A DNA stretch of 64,000 bases from an uncultured Actinomycetes bacterium (GCA_963760755.1 CAVXEE010000007.1:434459-498458), one strand, 5' to 3'; shown: positions 16,925 to 28,147, counted from the first letter of the stretch. Notes: generated by a model from the sequence alone, not told the origin. Numbers and translations are program-made.

Positions 16925-17835
16925 GTGGAGAGAAACCATTCCCACGTGCGCTTGAGTCCCTCTCCGAGCTCGACGCGGGGCGAGTACCCAAGGACATCGC
17001 GGGCCTTCTCGATCAGCGAGTAGTTGCGCTGGATCTCGCCCGCGCGGGGCGGCTCGCGGCGCACGCGCGGGGTGATCCCCGAGGTCTCGGCGAGCAGTTC
17101 GAGCAGGCGGGCGAGGGTCGTCTCGACGCCGCTTGCGAGCTGGAAGATCTGGCCGCCGACGCCGGGTGTGCGCGCGGCCGCGATCAGGCCCGCCGCGAGG
17201 TCCTCGCAGAAGACGAAGTCGCGCGTCTGGCTGCCGTCGCCGTACACGATCAGCTCCTCGCCGGCGCGCAGGCGACGGATGAAGAGCGGGATCACATTGC
17301 CCTTGTGCGCCGAGCGCGGCCCGTAGGCGTTCGAGAACCGCACGACGACCGCGTCCATCCCGTAGGCGCCGTGGAACGCCGAGCAGTACGCCTCGCCGGT
17401 CGCCTTCGACGCGCCGTAGGGCGAGAGCGGCGCAACCGGCTTCTCCTCGCTCGCCGGGTAGGCGTTCTCGCCCAGAGGCGCGTTCGACGACGAGAACACG
17501 AGCCGCGGCACCTCGGCCCGGCGCGCCGCCTCGAGCACGGTCAGCGTCCCGCGCGCGTTCTGGTCGAAGTTCGTGAGCGGATCGTTCATCGACTCCACGA
17601 CGCCCGCGCCGGCGGCCAGGTGGAAGACGACGTCGCCGCCCCGCGCCGCCTCGGTCACGAAGGCGAGGTCGCGCACGTCGCCGACGCGCAGCTCGGCGCC
17701 GGTGCCCTCGAGGTTTCGCGGATCGCCCGACGAGAGGTCGTCGATGACGCGCACGCCGTAGCCCTCCGCGGCGAGCGCGCGACAGAGCGCCGAGCCGATG
17801 AACCCGGCGCCACCGGTGACGATCGCCCGGGGCAC
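16921..17835 (-). CDS. NAD-dependent sugar-nucleotide epimerase/dehydratase (extended SDR)
   Basis: MPRAIVTGGAGFIGSAL (GxxGxxG) and YGASKATGE (YxxxK). 304 aa. Confidence 0.85.
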   Translation of the reverse strand: MPRAIVTGGAGFIGSALCRALAAEGYGVRVIDDLSSGDPRNLEGTGAELRVGDVRDLAFVTEAARGGDVVFHLAAGAGVVESMNDPLTNFDQNARGTLTVLEAARRAEVPRLVFSSSNAPLGENAYPASEEKPVAPLSPYGASKATGEAYCSAFHGAYGMDAVVVRFSNAYGPRSAHKGNVIPLFIRRLRAGEELIVYGDGSQTRDFVFCEDLAAGLIAAARTPGVGGQIFQLASGVETTLARLLELLAETSGITPRVRREPPRAGEIQRNYSLIEKARDVLGYSPRVELGEGLKRTWEWFLST

Positions 17836-17859
17836 GGCGGCGGAGTCTACCGGCGGCGC

Positions 17860-18075
17860 CTACTCGCCGCCGTCGGAGGCGCCCGGCGCGGCGCCCTTCT
17901 GCCAGCACGGCGCGCCCTCGAACGCCTCGAGCCCCGACACCACCCGCACCGGCGCGCCGGGCGTGCGGCCGCGGCGCAGGCGCGGGGCGACGACCGCCGC
18001 GGCAGCGCCGACCAGACCGCCGACCACGAACGGGCGCACGACGCCACGACGGCGACCCGACCCGCGCTCGCTCAC
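17860..18075 (-). CDS. small hypothetical single-pass membrane protein
   Basis: 71 codons. GTG 18075 overlaps the upstream stop as GTGA. One hydrophobic segment, PFVVGGLVGAAAAVVAP. Supported only by position and coupling. Confidence 0.3.
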   Translation of the reverse strand: MSERGSGRRRGVVRPFVVGGLVGAAAAVVAPRLRRGRTPGAPVRVVSGLEAFEGAPCWQKGAAPGASDGGE

Positions 18076-18587
18076 GACGCCTCGCGGTAGGCGAAGAACG
18101 CCGCGATCGCGAGCCCGAGCACCTGGATGTAGGCGCGCGCGTTGCCGCCGAGCTGGGCGGCGATCACGATCCCGGCGATCACGTACGCCCAGGCGGCGCC
18201 GCCGGCGGCGATCCACCCGGTGGTCGTGCTGCGGTAGTACCCGGCCCCCCACAGGGTCGCCCGGCCGGCCAGGAGGCCGACGCCGTAGGCCAGGATGAAG
18301 GTGAAGAAGCCCACCCCGAACCCGCCGGCGTAGGCCAGGACGACGCCCATGACCGAGCCCGCGCCGAGCGCCGACAGGACGGCGCGCACGGCCTTGTCGG
18401 CGTGCAGCGTGACGCGCGCCGAGCGCGGCATGCGCGCGCACTCGCGGCACTTGATGCCGACCGGCGCCGGGACCATGCAATCGGGGCAGATCGGCTTGCC
18501 GCAGTTCGAGCACGACACGCCCGTCTCGACCTTCGGGTGGTTGGCGCAATAGACCGGCGCGGCGATGCCCGGGTCGACCGTGGACAC
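18072..18587 (-). CDS. membrane protein with an N-terminal B-box/zinc-ribbon-like Cys cluster
   Basis: CANHPKVETGVSCSNCGKPICPDCMVPAPVGIKCRECA is followed by about 4 TM helices. 171 aa. Confidence 0.6.
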   Translation of the reverse strand: MSTVDPGIAAPVYCANHPKVETGVSCSNCGKPICPDCMVPAPVGIKCRECARMPRSARVTLHADKAVRAVLSALGAGSVMGVVLAYAGGFGVGFFTFILAYGVGLLAGRATLWGAGYYRSTTTGWIAAGGAAWAYVIAGIVIAAQLGGNARAYIQVLGLAIAAFFAYREAS

Positions 18588-18640
18588 GCCTGCGAGTGTA
18601 GCATCGGCGCTGTGATGCAGGAATCCGCGCCGGGGGTCGG

Positions 18641-19561
18641 ATGACCCGCCACCCCTCCGGCCTCATGCAGATGACCGCCGAGGTCGAGCGGGCGCTGATC
18701 CGCTCCGAGCCCGTGGTGGCGCTCGAGTCGTCGGTCATCGCCCAGGGCCTGCCGCCCGAGATCGCGCCCACCGCGGCCCGCGACGCGCAGCAGCGCGTGC
18801 GCGACCGGGGCGCCGTGCCGGCGACGATCGCGATCATCGACGGCGTCGTGCGCGTCGGGCTCGACGACGAGTCGATCGACCGCCTCGCGAACGACGGCGA
18901 CGTGCGCAAGGTCGGCGGCCGCGACCTGGCCACCTGCGCCGTCAGCGGCCGCTGCGGCGCGACGACGGTCGCCGGAACGCTCGCGGTGTGCACCATGGCC
19001 GGCATCCACTTCATGGCCACGGGCGGCATCGGCGGCGTCCATCGCGGCTGGGAGCACACGCTCGACATCTCCGCCGACCTGACCGAGATCGGCCGCACCG
19101 AGGTTTGCGTCGTCTGCTCCGGGGCCAAGTCGCTGCTCGACATCCCGGCCACGCTCGAGATGCTCGAGACGCGCGGCGTGCCGATCATCGGCTACCGCAC
19201 CGACACGCTGCCGCTGTTCTACGTGACGCAGAGCCGGCACGCGCTGACCGACCGCGCCGACGACGCCGAGACGATCGCCGCGGCGGCCGCCGCCCACTGG
19301 GGATTCGCCCGCCGCACGGGGCTCCTGGTGGTGCAGCCGGTGGCGGCCGAGGTGGCGCTCGCAGGCGACGAGACCGAGGCCCTGGTCGAGACCGCGCTCG
19401 CGCAGGCGGCCGCCGAGGGCGTGCGCGGCCCGGCGGTCACGCCCTGGGTGCTGGCGCGTCTGCACGCCGCGACCGAGGGCCGGTCGCTGGTCGCGAACCA
19501 GCGCCTGCTGGTCGACAACGCCGGCCTCGCGGCCGAGATCGCCGCCGCCTACTACGCCTGA
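18641..19561 (+). CDS. psuG: pseudouridine-5'-phosphate glycosidase
   Basis: VALESSVIAQGLP..GATTVAGTL..AGIHFMATGGIGGVHRG..DISADL.E..VVCSGAKSLLDIP.TLE.LET.GVP. This is the family signature as I recall it. Confidence 0.9.
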   Translation: MTRHPSGLMQMTAEVERALIRSEPVVALESSVIAQGLPPEIAPTAARDAQQRVRDRGAVPATIAIIDGVVRVGLDDESIDRLANDGDVRKVGGRDLATCAVSGRCGATTVAGTLAVCTMAGIHFMATGGIGGVHRGWEHTLDISADLTEIGRTEVCVVCSGAKSLLDIPATLEMLETRGVPIIGYRTDTLPLFYVTQSRHALTDRADDAETIAAAAAAHWGFARRTGLLVVQPVAAEVALAGDETEALVETALAQAAAEGVRGPAVTPWVLARLHAATEGRSLVANQRLLVDNAGLAAEIAAAYYA

Positions 19562-21592
19562 CTACCCGGTGGGCAGGGCAGCTCGCCGGCACGTGAAGCC
19601 GGCCATGGTGGCCGGGTCGGGGAACGAGCCGCCGCCCGCCCCGCGCACGCGGTAGACGTCGAGCACCGGGCTCGAGTGCACGAGCGCGAGGAACGGCACC
19701 CCCCGGAACGCCTCCGGGTCGACGCCAGACTCGAGCACGCCGACCATGCTGCCGATGCGCACGCCCTTGACGACGAGCACCTCGTCGACGCCGAGCCGGT
19801 GCAGGAGCGCCGCCCCGCCGGCCGGAGCCTCGAAGAACCGGTGCGCCGCGAGCACGTTTCGGAGCACCGTGTGCAGCATCGCCGGACGCAGGTACGGGCC
19901 CATCCCCTCGGCGACGCTGACCCTGCCGGTGGTGGCGACGAACGTCCCCAGCGTGACGCGGTCGGGCAGGATGCGCGCATCGCAGGGCGCGTGCACGGCC
20001 ACCCAGTCGAGCACCGTCATCGCGTCGTGGCCGTTCTTCTGCCAGCCGCTGCGGGCGGGGCCGACGGTGGCCGCGACGGCGACCGCCGGCACGGCGATCG
20101 CGACCGCGACGACGGCGACCGGGATCCACGCACGCACGGTCCGCAGCCGCCCCACCGCCGCCTCGGCGAGCCCCAGCGCCGCCAGCACGAGCACGAGCGG
20201 GACGTAGTCGAACTCGCGGTCGATGCCGAACCGGCCCGGGATCTGGGTGCGGTAGCGGTACGAGAACAGGAACGCGATCCCGACCAGCGTGGCCGCCGCC
20301 CCCGCGGCGACGATCCCGATCGGCGCCAGCTCGGGCGGGAAGCGGCGCAGCATGACGACGGCCGCCGCGACCGCCGCGATGGGGAGCAGCCACACGAGCC
20401 AGGTGGGCACGCTCGGCAGCGTGGTCGCGCTCTCCGTGAAGTCCTGCATGATCGCCGCCGGCCGCACGTACCAGTGCCCGTGGTCGACGGGCGAGTGCTG
20501 CAGCGTGCCGGTGAGCAGCGACGCGGTCGGGTCAACGCCCTTGCCGAACGACGCGTACGAGCTCGCGCCGGACGCGCCCTGGAATCCCACCGATCCGCCC
20601 GACGCCAGCAGGAGCACGCCGGTCAGCGCCGCACCGGCGCCGGCGATCACCGCCAGCCGCCCGAACACGGCTCGCCAGCGGCCGTCGAGCATGCCGCGGG
20701 CCACGGCGTACCAGCCCAGGACGACGAGCAGCGCCACCACCGGCACGCCGTGGGTGGCAAACCCGGCGCCGAAGAGCAGCGCGGCCAGCAGGGGCTCCTT
20801 CCACCCGTCGCGGTCGCGCAGCGCCCGCACGCCGAGCACGAGCGCACACACCGACACCATGCGGCCGACGTTCTCGGCCGTGTACACGTCGAGGTTGCGG
20901 CGCAGCTCGTCGTTCAGGACGGCCAGGGTCAGGAGCGGCAGGAGCGGCGCCAGCCGGCGCAGGCCGAGCTCGCGGCCGAGCGCCCACAGGCCGGCGGCGA
21001 GGCCGACCGACGCCACCCAGAGCAGCGCGCCCATCGCGGGCAGCGGCGAGCGCCCGATCACGTAGGAGAGCCCGGCGTGGTAGCTGTTCAGCACGACCTT
21101 GCTGACCGTCGGCGTCCACGTCGCCCCCCACTGCAGGGTCTGTGCGGGCACGCGGCCGGCGTCGGCGATCTCGAGGCCGTCGGCCCAGTACCGCCACGGC
21201 CCGAACATCTCGAAGTTGAGCAGCGGCGAGCTGCGCAGGCGCACGATCGCGATCGCGACGAAGACGAGCACGCCCATGGCGAGGCCGAAGCGGTCATCGG
21301 CGATGTCGGCCTGCAGCGCGGCCAGGTGTGCCCGCGCACCGCCGCGGCGCAGGCCCGCCACGTACAGCGCCACCGTGACGACGAGGAGCGCGCCCAGAAA
21401 GGTCGCCGGATGCAGCACGTGCCCGATCACGAGCACGACCGCGGTCATGCCGACGACCGCGTAGCCGAGCCCGAACGTGAGCGCGAACCGCGTCACCAGC
21501 CCGACCCGCCCCGGCGGATACGCGGCCAGCGTCGCTCCCAGGCCGGGCACGAGCACGAACGCCGCGGCGGTCGCGATCGTGGCCGGGTTCAC
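19562..21592 (-). CDS. large polytopic membrane protein with a C-terminal soluble domain (GT-C-like architecture, function unknown)
   Basis: About 676 aa from GTG 21592, which overlaps the upstream stop as GTGA. The ATG at 21664 would overlap the upstream gene by 76 nt. Many TM helices, a YWADGLE loop and a soluble tail of about 150 aa. Confidence 0.6.
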   Translation of the reverse strand: MNPATIATAAAFVLVPGLGATLAAYPPGRVGLVTRFALTFGLGYAVVGMTAVVLVIGHVLHPATFLGALLVVTVALYVAGLRRGGARAHLAALQADIADDRFGLAMGVLVFVAIAIVRLRSSPLLNFEMFGPWRYWADGLEIADAGRVPAQTLQWGATWTPTVSKVVLNSYHAGLSYVIGRSPLPAMGALLWVASVGLAAGLWALGRELGLRRLAPLLPLLTLAVLNDELRRNLDVYTAENVGRMVSVCALVLGVRALRDRDGWKEPLLAALLFGAGFATHGVPVVALLVVLGWYAVARGMLDGRWRAVFGRLAVIAGAGAALTGVLLLASGGSVGFQGASGASSYASFGKGVDPTASLLTGTLQHSPVDHGHWYVRPAAIMQDFTESATTLPSVPTWLVWLLPIAAVAAAVVMLRRFPPELAPIGIVAAGAAATLVGIAFLFSYRYRTQIPGRFGIDREFDYVPLVLVLAALGLAEAAVGRLRTVRAWIPVAVVAVAIAVPAVAVAATVGPARSGWQKNGHDAMTVLDWVAVHAPCDARILPDRVTLGTFVATTGRVSVAEGMGPYLRPAMLHTVLRNVLAAHRFFEAPAGGAALLHRLGVDEVLVVKGVRIGSMVGVLESGVDPEAFRGVPFLALVHSSPVLDVYRVRGAGGGSFPDPATMAGFTCRRAALPTG

Positions 21593-23028
21593 GCGCTCGC
21601 CGCGTCGGCGGCTCCACCCGCGGCGGCCATCGTCGTCCCGGCCAGGAAGCCGGTCAGAAGCCACATCGTCGGATCCTCGAAGAACGAGTCATAGAAGAGC
21701 GAGCTGGCGAAGATCGCCACCAGGGCGGCCACGAGCACACGCGGCACGGGGCCGGACGCGCGCACGCGCACGGCCGCTGCCGCGAGCGCCCCGAGCACCC
21801 ACAGGTAGAGCACGAGCCCGAGCGGACCGAGCTCGGCGGCGACCGTCACCGGCGTCGTGTGCGACGCCGCCCCCTTGACCCGGTACGGATGCGCCGTGCC
21901 CGCCACCGCGGCCTTCGGCAGGCCGCCGAGGCCGGCGCCGATCACGGGATGGTTGCGGATCACCCTCCAGCCGAGGCTGATCAGGTGCGAGCGCGAGTCC
22001 GACACGCGCGCGGCCGAGTTGCCGCGCAGGGCGACCGCCAGCACCCCGATGAGCCCGACCGCCCCCGCGACGACGAGCGCGATCGTCACCCGCCGCGACC
22101 ACAGGCCGGCGCCGACGGCGAGCACGCCCGCCGCGACGGCGAAGTAGCTCGACTGCGAGTAGGTGAAGTAGAGGCCCAGGAAGACGAAGGCCATCGTGGC
22201 CGCGAGCGGCAGGTCGAGGCCGCGGTAGACGGCCACCCCGCAGCAGAGCACGAGCGTGACCGCCATGAAGCGACCGTACACGCTCGCGTCCCAGAAGAGC
22301 GAGTTGACGCGGAAGAACGAGCGGTAGGCGTTCGAGACCTCGACGCTCGGGTTCCAGAACACGTGCCGCGTCGCCTCCTGCCAGAGCGCCACCGCCCCGA
22401 ACAGGATCGCAAGCGCGCACTGGGCGGCGAACGCCGCCCGCAGTCCGCCCGGGTTCCAGCCCAGCTGGCCGATCCGCATCGCCATGAACGCGAACGGCAG
22501 GTAGAAGAAGAGCATCGTCACCGCGGCCTGGTGCAGGTCGACCGTCCACACGAGCGACGCGGCCGAGAAGGTCACGAACGCCGCCAGCGGCAGCGCCGCC
22601 CCCCACACCGGCAACTCGGGCTCGCTCGCCCGGGCGACGTCCCAGAGCGTGCACAGGGCGCCCACGGCCAGCACGCCGTAGAGCGGCAGCAGGAGCTTCG
22701 CGTCCTGCGCGCCGAAGTGGATCGGGATGCGCGCGGGTGCCGCCAGCACGCAGGCGATCGCAAACGCCCACGGCCACCGGTGCACCACGACGGCGGCGGC
22801 GATCATGACCGCGGCGCCGACGACGAGCGCGGGCACGACGAGCAGCGGATGGCCCGTGATCAGGTGGCCGGCGCGATCGACCGACGAGTGCAGCAGGCGC
22901 GCCGCCAGCCACACCGTGCCGATCACCCACGCGGCCGCGCCGGCACGGCGAGCCGTCGGGGTGCGGACGACGACCAGGGCACCCAGGCCGGCCGCGGCCA
23001 CGACGGCCGCGATCGCCTGGCTATTCAC
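21589..23028 (-). CDS. O-antigen ligase/polymerase-like (Wzy_C domain) membrane protein
   Basis: 479 aa with more than 10 TM helices. It has the characteristic periplasmic loop SDSRSHLISLGWRVIRNHPVIGAGLGG...ASHTTPVTVAAELGPLG. Confidence 0.68.
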   Translation of the reverse strand: MNSQAIAAVVAAAGLGALVVVRTPTARRAGAAAWVIGTVWLAARLLHSSVDRAGHLITGHPLLVVPALVVGAAVMIAAAVVVHRWPWAFAIACVLAAPARIPIHFGAQDAKLLLPLYGVLAVGALCTLWDVARASEPELPVWGAALPLAAFVTFSAASLVWTVDLHQAAVTMLFFYLPFAFMAMRIGQLGWNPGGLRAAFAAQCALAILFGAVALWQEATRHVFWNPSVEVSNAYRSFFRVNSLFWDASVYGRFMAVTLVLCCGVAVYRGLDLPLAATMAFVFLGLYFTYSQSSYFAVAAGVLAVGAGLWSRRVTIALVVAGAVGLIGVLAVALRGNSAARVSDSRSHLISLGWRVIRNHPVIGAGLGGLPKAAVAGTAHPYRVKGAASHTTPVTVAAELGPLGLVLYLWVLGALAAAAVRVRASGPVPRVLVAALVAIFASSLFYDSFFEDPTMWLLTGFLAGTTMAAAGGAADAASA

Positions 23029-23034
23029 CGCACC

Positions 23035-24318
23035 TCACGGCACGGCCGTCCGCGTGCGCAGGACGTAGATGTGGGTCGCGCCGGCGACGACCAGCCGACC
23101 CCCCGCGGCGATCGGCGTCGCGTACTTGCCGTCGCCGAACTGCCACATGAGCTTCCCCGTCCTGGGGTCGTAGGCGAAGGTGCGCCCACGCGAGCCGGGC
23201 GACGGCCCGAGGTCGGTCACGTACACGTAGGGGCCGATCACGGTGGGCGAGGCCAGGCTCTTGAACGGGAGGCGGTGCTGCCAGAGCACCGCACCCGTGC
23301 GCGCGTTGAACGCCGCAAAGGTGCCGTCGAAGCTCGTCGCGAACACGCGCCCGTCCGACACGGCCGGCGAGCCGTACGCCCAGTTCGGCATGGTGTACGT
23401 CCAGGCCACCTGGCCGGTCGCGGCCACGAACGAGTAGAGCTTGTCGTCGGTGTTGCCGATGTACACGCGCCCGTACGCCACGGCCGGGGTCGAGAAGAAG
23501 TTGCCCGAGCGCAGCCCGGAGGACAGCCCGTCGGTGGTGCTGTGCCAGATCTGGTGGCCGTTGGACGCGTGCAGGCAGTACATCGCCCCGCCGTAGTCGC
23601 CGAAGTAGACGCGGCCGCCGACGACCGCAGGCCCGTGCTTCACCGCACCGCCCGCCTGGTACTTCCACACGACCTTGCCGGTCGCGAGCGCGAGCGCGCG
23701 CACGACCCCGTTCTGGTCGGCCATGTACAGGTAGCGCGAGTCGAAGGCCGGCGAGGACTCCATCGTGGCGCCGACGTTCGTCCGCCAGATCGTCCGGCCC
23801 GTCGCCGCCGAGAGCGCATAGATGTTGCCATCGCGCGCCCCCAGGTAGACCACGCCCGCGTGCACGGCCGGCGACCCCTGGCCGAGGTCCGAGCGCTGCT
23901 TGAGCAGCGCGCGCTGCCACAGGAGCTTGCCGGTGAACAGATCGCGCGCGCTGATGAAGCCGCCGTTCGCGTACAGGTAGAGCACGCCCTTGGCGTACAC
24001 CGGCGGATACTCCAGGAAGCCGATTCCGGCGCTCCAGGTGACGTGGTAGGGCGGGTGGACGTCGGTCAGGCCGGAGGCGTCGCGGGTGCGGTCGTCGGAG
24101 AGCCCGTACACGGGCCACGAGGGCCCGAAGCGGTGCAGGGGCGAGGTCGGCGGCGTCGATCCCTGCGTGGTCGGGTCCGACGTGAGCGTGAAGGGCAGCT
24201 TGTCGCCGCGGTGCACGTCGGCCGTCTTGCGGTTTGCCACCCAGTAGGCCGCCCCGCTCCCGAGCGCCAGGAGGACGACGACGGCGAGGCCGATCAGGGC
24301 GATGGTGCGTCGGCGCAT
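23035..24318 (-). CDS. PQQ-like beta-propeller repeat protein, membrane-anchored or secreted
   Basis: It starts MRRRTIALIGLAVVVLLALG. Repeated units follow: G.VY.G..DG.lYAL.A.TG...W (e.g. GVVYLGARDGNIYALSAATGRTIW, GRVYIGNTDDKLYSFVAATGQVAW). ATG at 24318 lies inside ORF 23035..25143. Confidence 0.8.
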   Translation of the reverse strand: MRRRTIALIGLAVVVLLALGSGAAYWVANRKTADVHRGDKLPFTLTSDPTTQGSTPPTSPLHRFGPSWPVYGLSDDRTRDASGLTDVHPPYHVTWSAGIGFLEYPPVYAKGVLYLYANGGFISARDLFTGKLLWQRALLKQRSDLGQGSPAVHAGVVYLGARDGNIYALSAATGRTIWRTNVGATMESSPAFDSRYLYMADQNGVVRALALATGKVVWKYQAGGAVKHGPAVVGGRVYFGDYGGAMYCLHASNGHQIWHSTTDGLSSGLRSGNFFSTPAVAYGRVYIGNTDDKLYSFVAATGQVAWTYTMPNWAYGSPAVSDGRVFATSFDGTFAAFNARTGAVLWQHRLPFKSLASPTVIGPYVYVTDLGPSPGSRGRTFAYDPRTGKLMWQFGDGKYATPIAAGGRLVVAGATHIYVLRTRTAVP

Positions 24319-24371
24319 CCAGGGGACGCTAGCAACGGCTCGTTGGACGCTGATCCGGGTCGTCGGGCAAT

Positions 24372-24406
24372 GGGGACTGTCCCCAGGCGGGGACAGTCCC
24401 CGGTTT
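24372..24406. repeat. tandem palindromic element GGGGACTGTCCCC-AGGC-GGGGACAGTCCCC plus GGTTT
   Basis: Two 13-nt palindromes (24372-24384 and 24389-24401) together form a 30-nt inverted repeat. The 19-mer CGGGGACAGTCCCCGGTTT (24388-24406) recurs exactly at 38738-38756. The element lies in the 101-bp gap between two minus-strand genes. Confidence 0.7.
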
Positions 24407-24419
24407 GCGGTCCTGCGAC

Positions 24420-25111
24420 CTACGCGGTGCGGTCCTGCGGCGCGACCACGACGCGGCCGGTGAGATCGCCGTAGAGGGCGCGCAGGAAGAGGGCGGAGAA
24501 CGGCCAGATGATGGGGATCGCGAGGGCGATGCCGATGAGGATCGAGGTGGTGTTGCCGGCGAACGCGGACACGATCAGGAACATCGCCAGCACGACCGGC
24601 GCCGAGAAGAGCACGGTGATCAGCCACACGAGCCAGGTCCGCGAGAAGTTGCGGCTCGCGAGCGCGCCCGAGTGGACGATCGCCCGGGCGGGCCCGACGT
24701 CGCCGGCAGCGATCGCCGGCACCGCGAACAGGAACAGCGGGATGACCACGACGGCGTAGGTCTGGAACAGGGCGACCAGGGCTCCGCACAGGATCCCGAT
24801 CAGGACCGCGGTCATGTACGTCCACACCACCCTGCGCCGCGGCGCCCGCTCCGGCAGGCCGCGCAGCATCACCCACCCGAGCAGGCAGAAGTAGCCGATC
24901 GCATACGAGAAGATCGCGGCCGCGACCGCCTCGGGCACCGTCCCTCCCGTCGTCCGGATGAGCACCACGGGCGCCGAGGCCAGGATCAGCGTGGCGACTG
25001 CCGCCACCATCAGGTCGGCCCACACCGAGCCGAACCGGTGCACCGCCGTCGCGAACAGGTCGGACATCGGCGTCCGCGGCGGCGGCGCGTCGGTCGTGGG
25101 GCCGGCCTCGG

Positions 25112-25115
<4 letters not shown>
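24420..25115 (-). CDS. hypothetical integral membrane protein, last gene of the heat-shock operon
   Basis: About 6 TM helices (e.g. [33 protein letters not shown]). GTG 25115 overlaps the clpB stop as GTGA. The alternative ATG is at 25067. Confidence 0.55.
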
Positions 25116-27660
<2,545 letters not shown>

Positions 27661-27679
<19 letters not shown>

Positions 27680-28065
27680 GGCACCGGTGGTTTGGGGGTT
27701 TGATAGAGGACGAGGTCACGGCGGTAGCTGCGATGCACCCGGTCGAGCTCGGCCCGCAGCTCTTCCGAGGCGGCGGCCAGCTGGGAGCGCAGAGCGCTGA
27801 CCTCGCGAGTCATGCGCTCCATCGCCTCCTCGAGGTCGAGGACGCGGGTCGCCCCGGCCAGGTTCATGCCGAGGTCGCCCGTGAGCACCCCGATCTTGCG
27901 CAGCCGCTCGAGGTCGCGGTCGGAGTACCGGCGCGTGCCGCCCGGCGTGCGCCGGGGGCGCACGAGGCCCTTCGCCTCGTACGTCCGCAGCGTCTGCGGG
28001 TGCATCCCGGCCAGCTCGGCCGCGACCGAGATCGAGTAGCGGGGATGGTCGTCGGGCGATCTCAC
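27661..28065 (-). CDS. hspR: MerR-family heat-shock repressor
   Basis: [39 protein letters not shown] is a MerR HTH. The gene sits directly after dnaJ, as in actinobacterial dnaK operons. GTG at 28065. Its 3' end overlaps the clpB start by 19 nt. Confidence 0.85.
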
Positions 28066-28111
28066 CAGCGAGCACCGGTGGGGTCTGACGCCGAATATGC
28101 ACGCGCAGCGT

Positions 28112-28140
28112 GAATACACGGGGTCTGACCCCGTTTATTC
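28112..28140. repeat. 29-nt near-perfect palindrome in the dnaJ-hspR spacer (terminator-like hairpin)
   Basis: GAATACACGGGGTCTGACCCCGTTTATTC. The core 21-mer ACGGGGTCTGACCCCGTTTAT (28118-28138) is identical to 60891-60911. A degenerate half copy, GGGGTCTGACGCC, lies at 28079-28091. Confidence 0.7.
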
Positions 28141-28147
28141 ATGCCGG

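Noticed and set aside
18641-19561. Functional link between psuG and the surrounding envelope-glycan genes
   Set aside because: PsuG is a nucleotide-salvage enzyme. There is no adjacent pseudouridine kinase or transporter, and the gene is flanked by oppositely oriented genes. The adjacency looks incidental.
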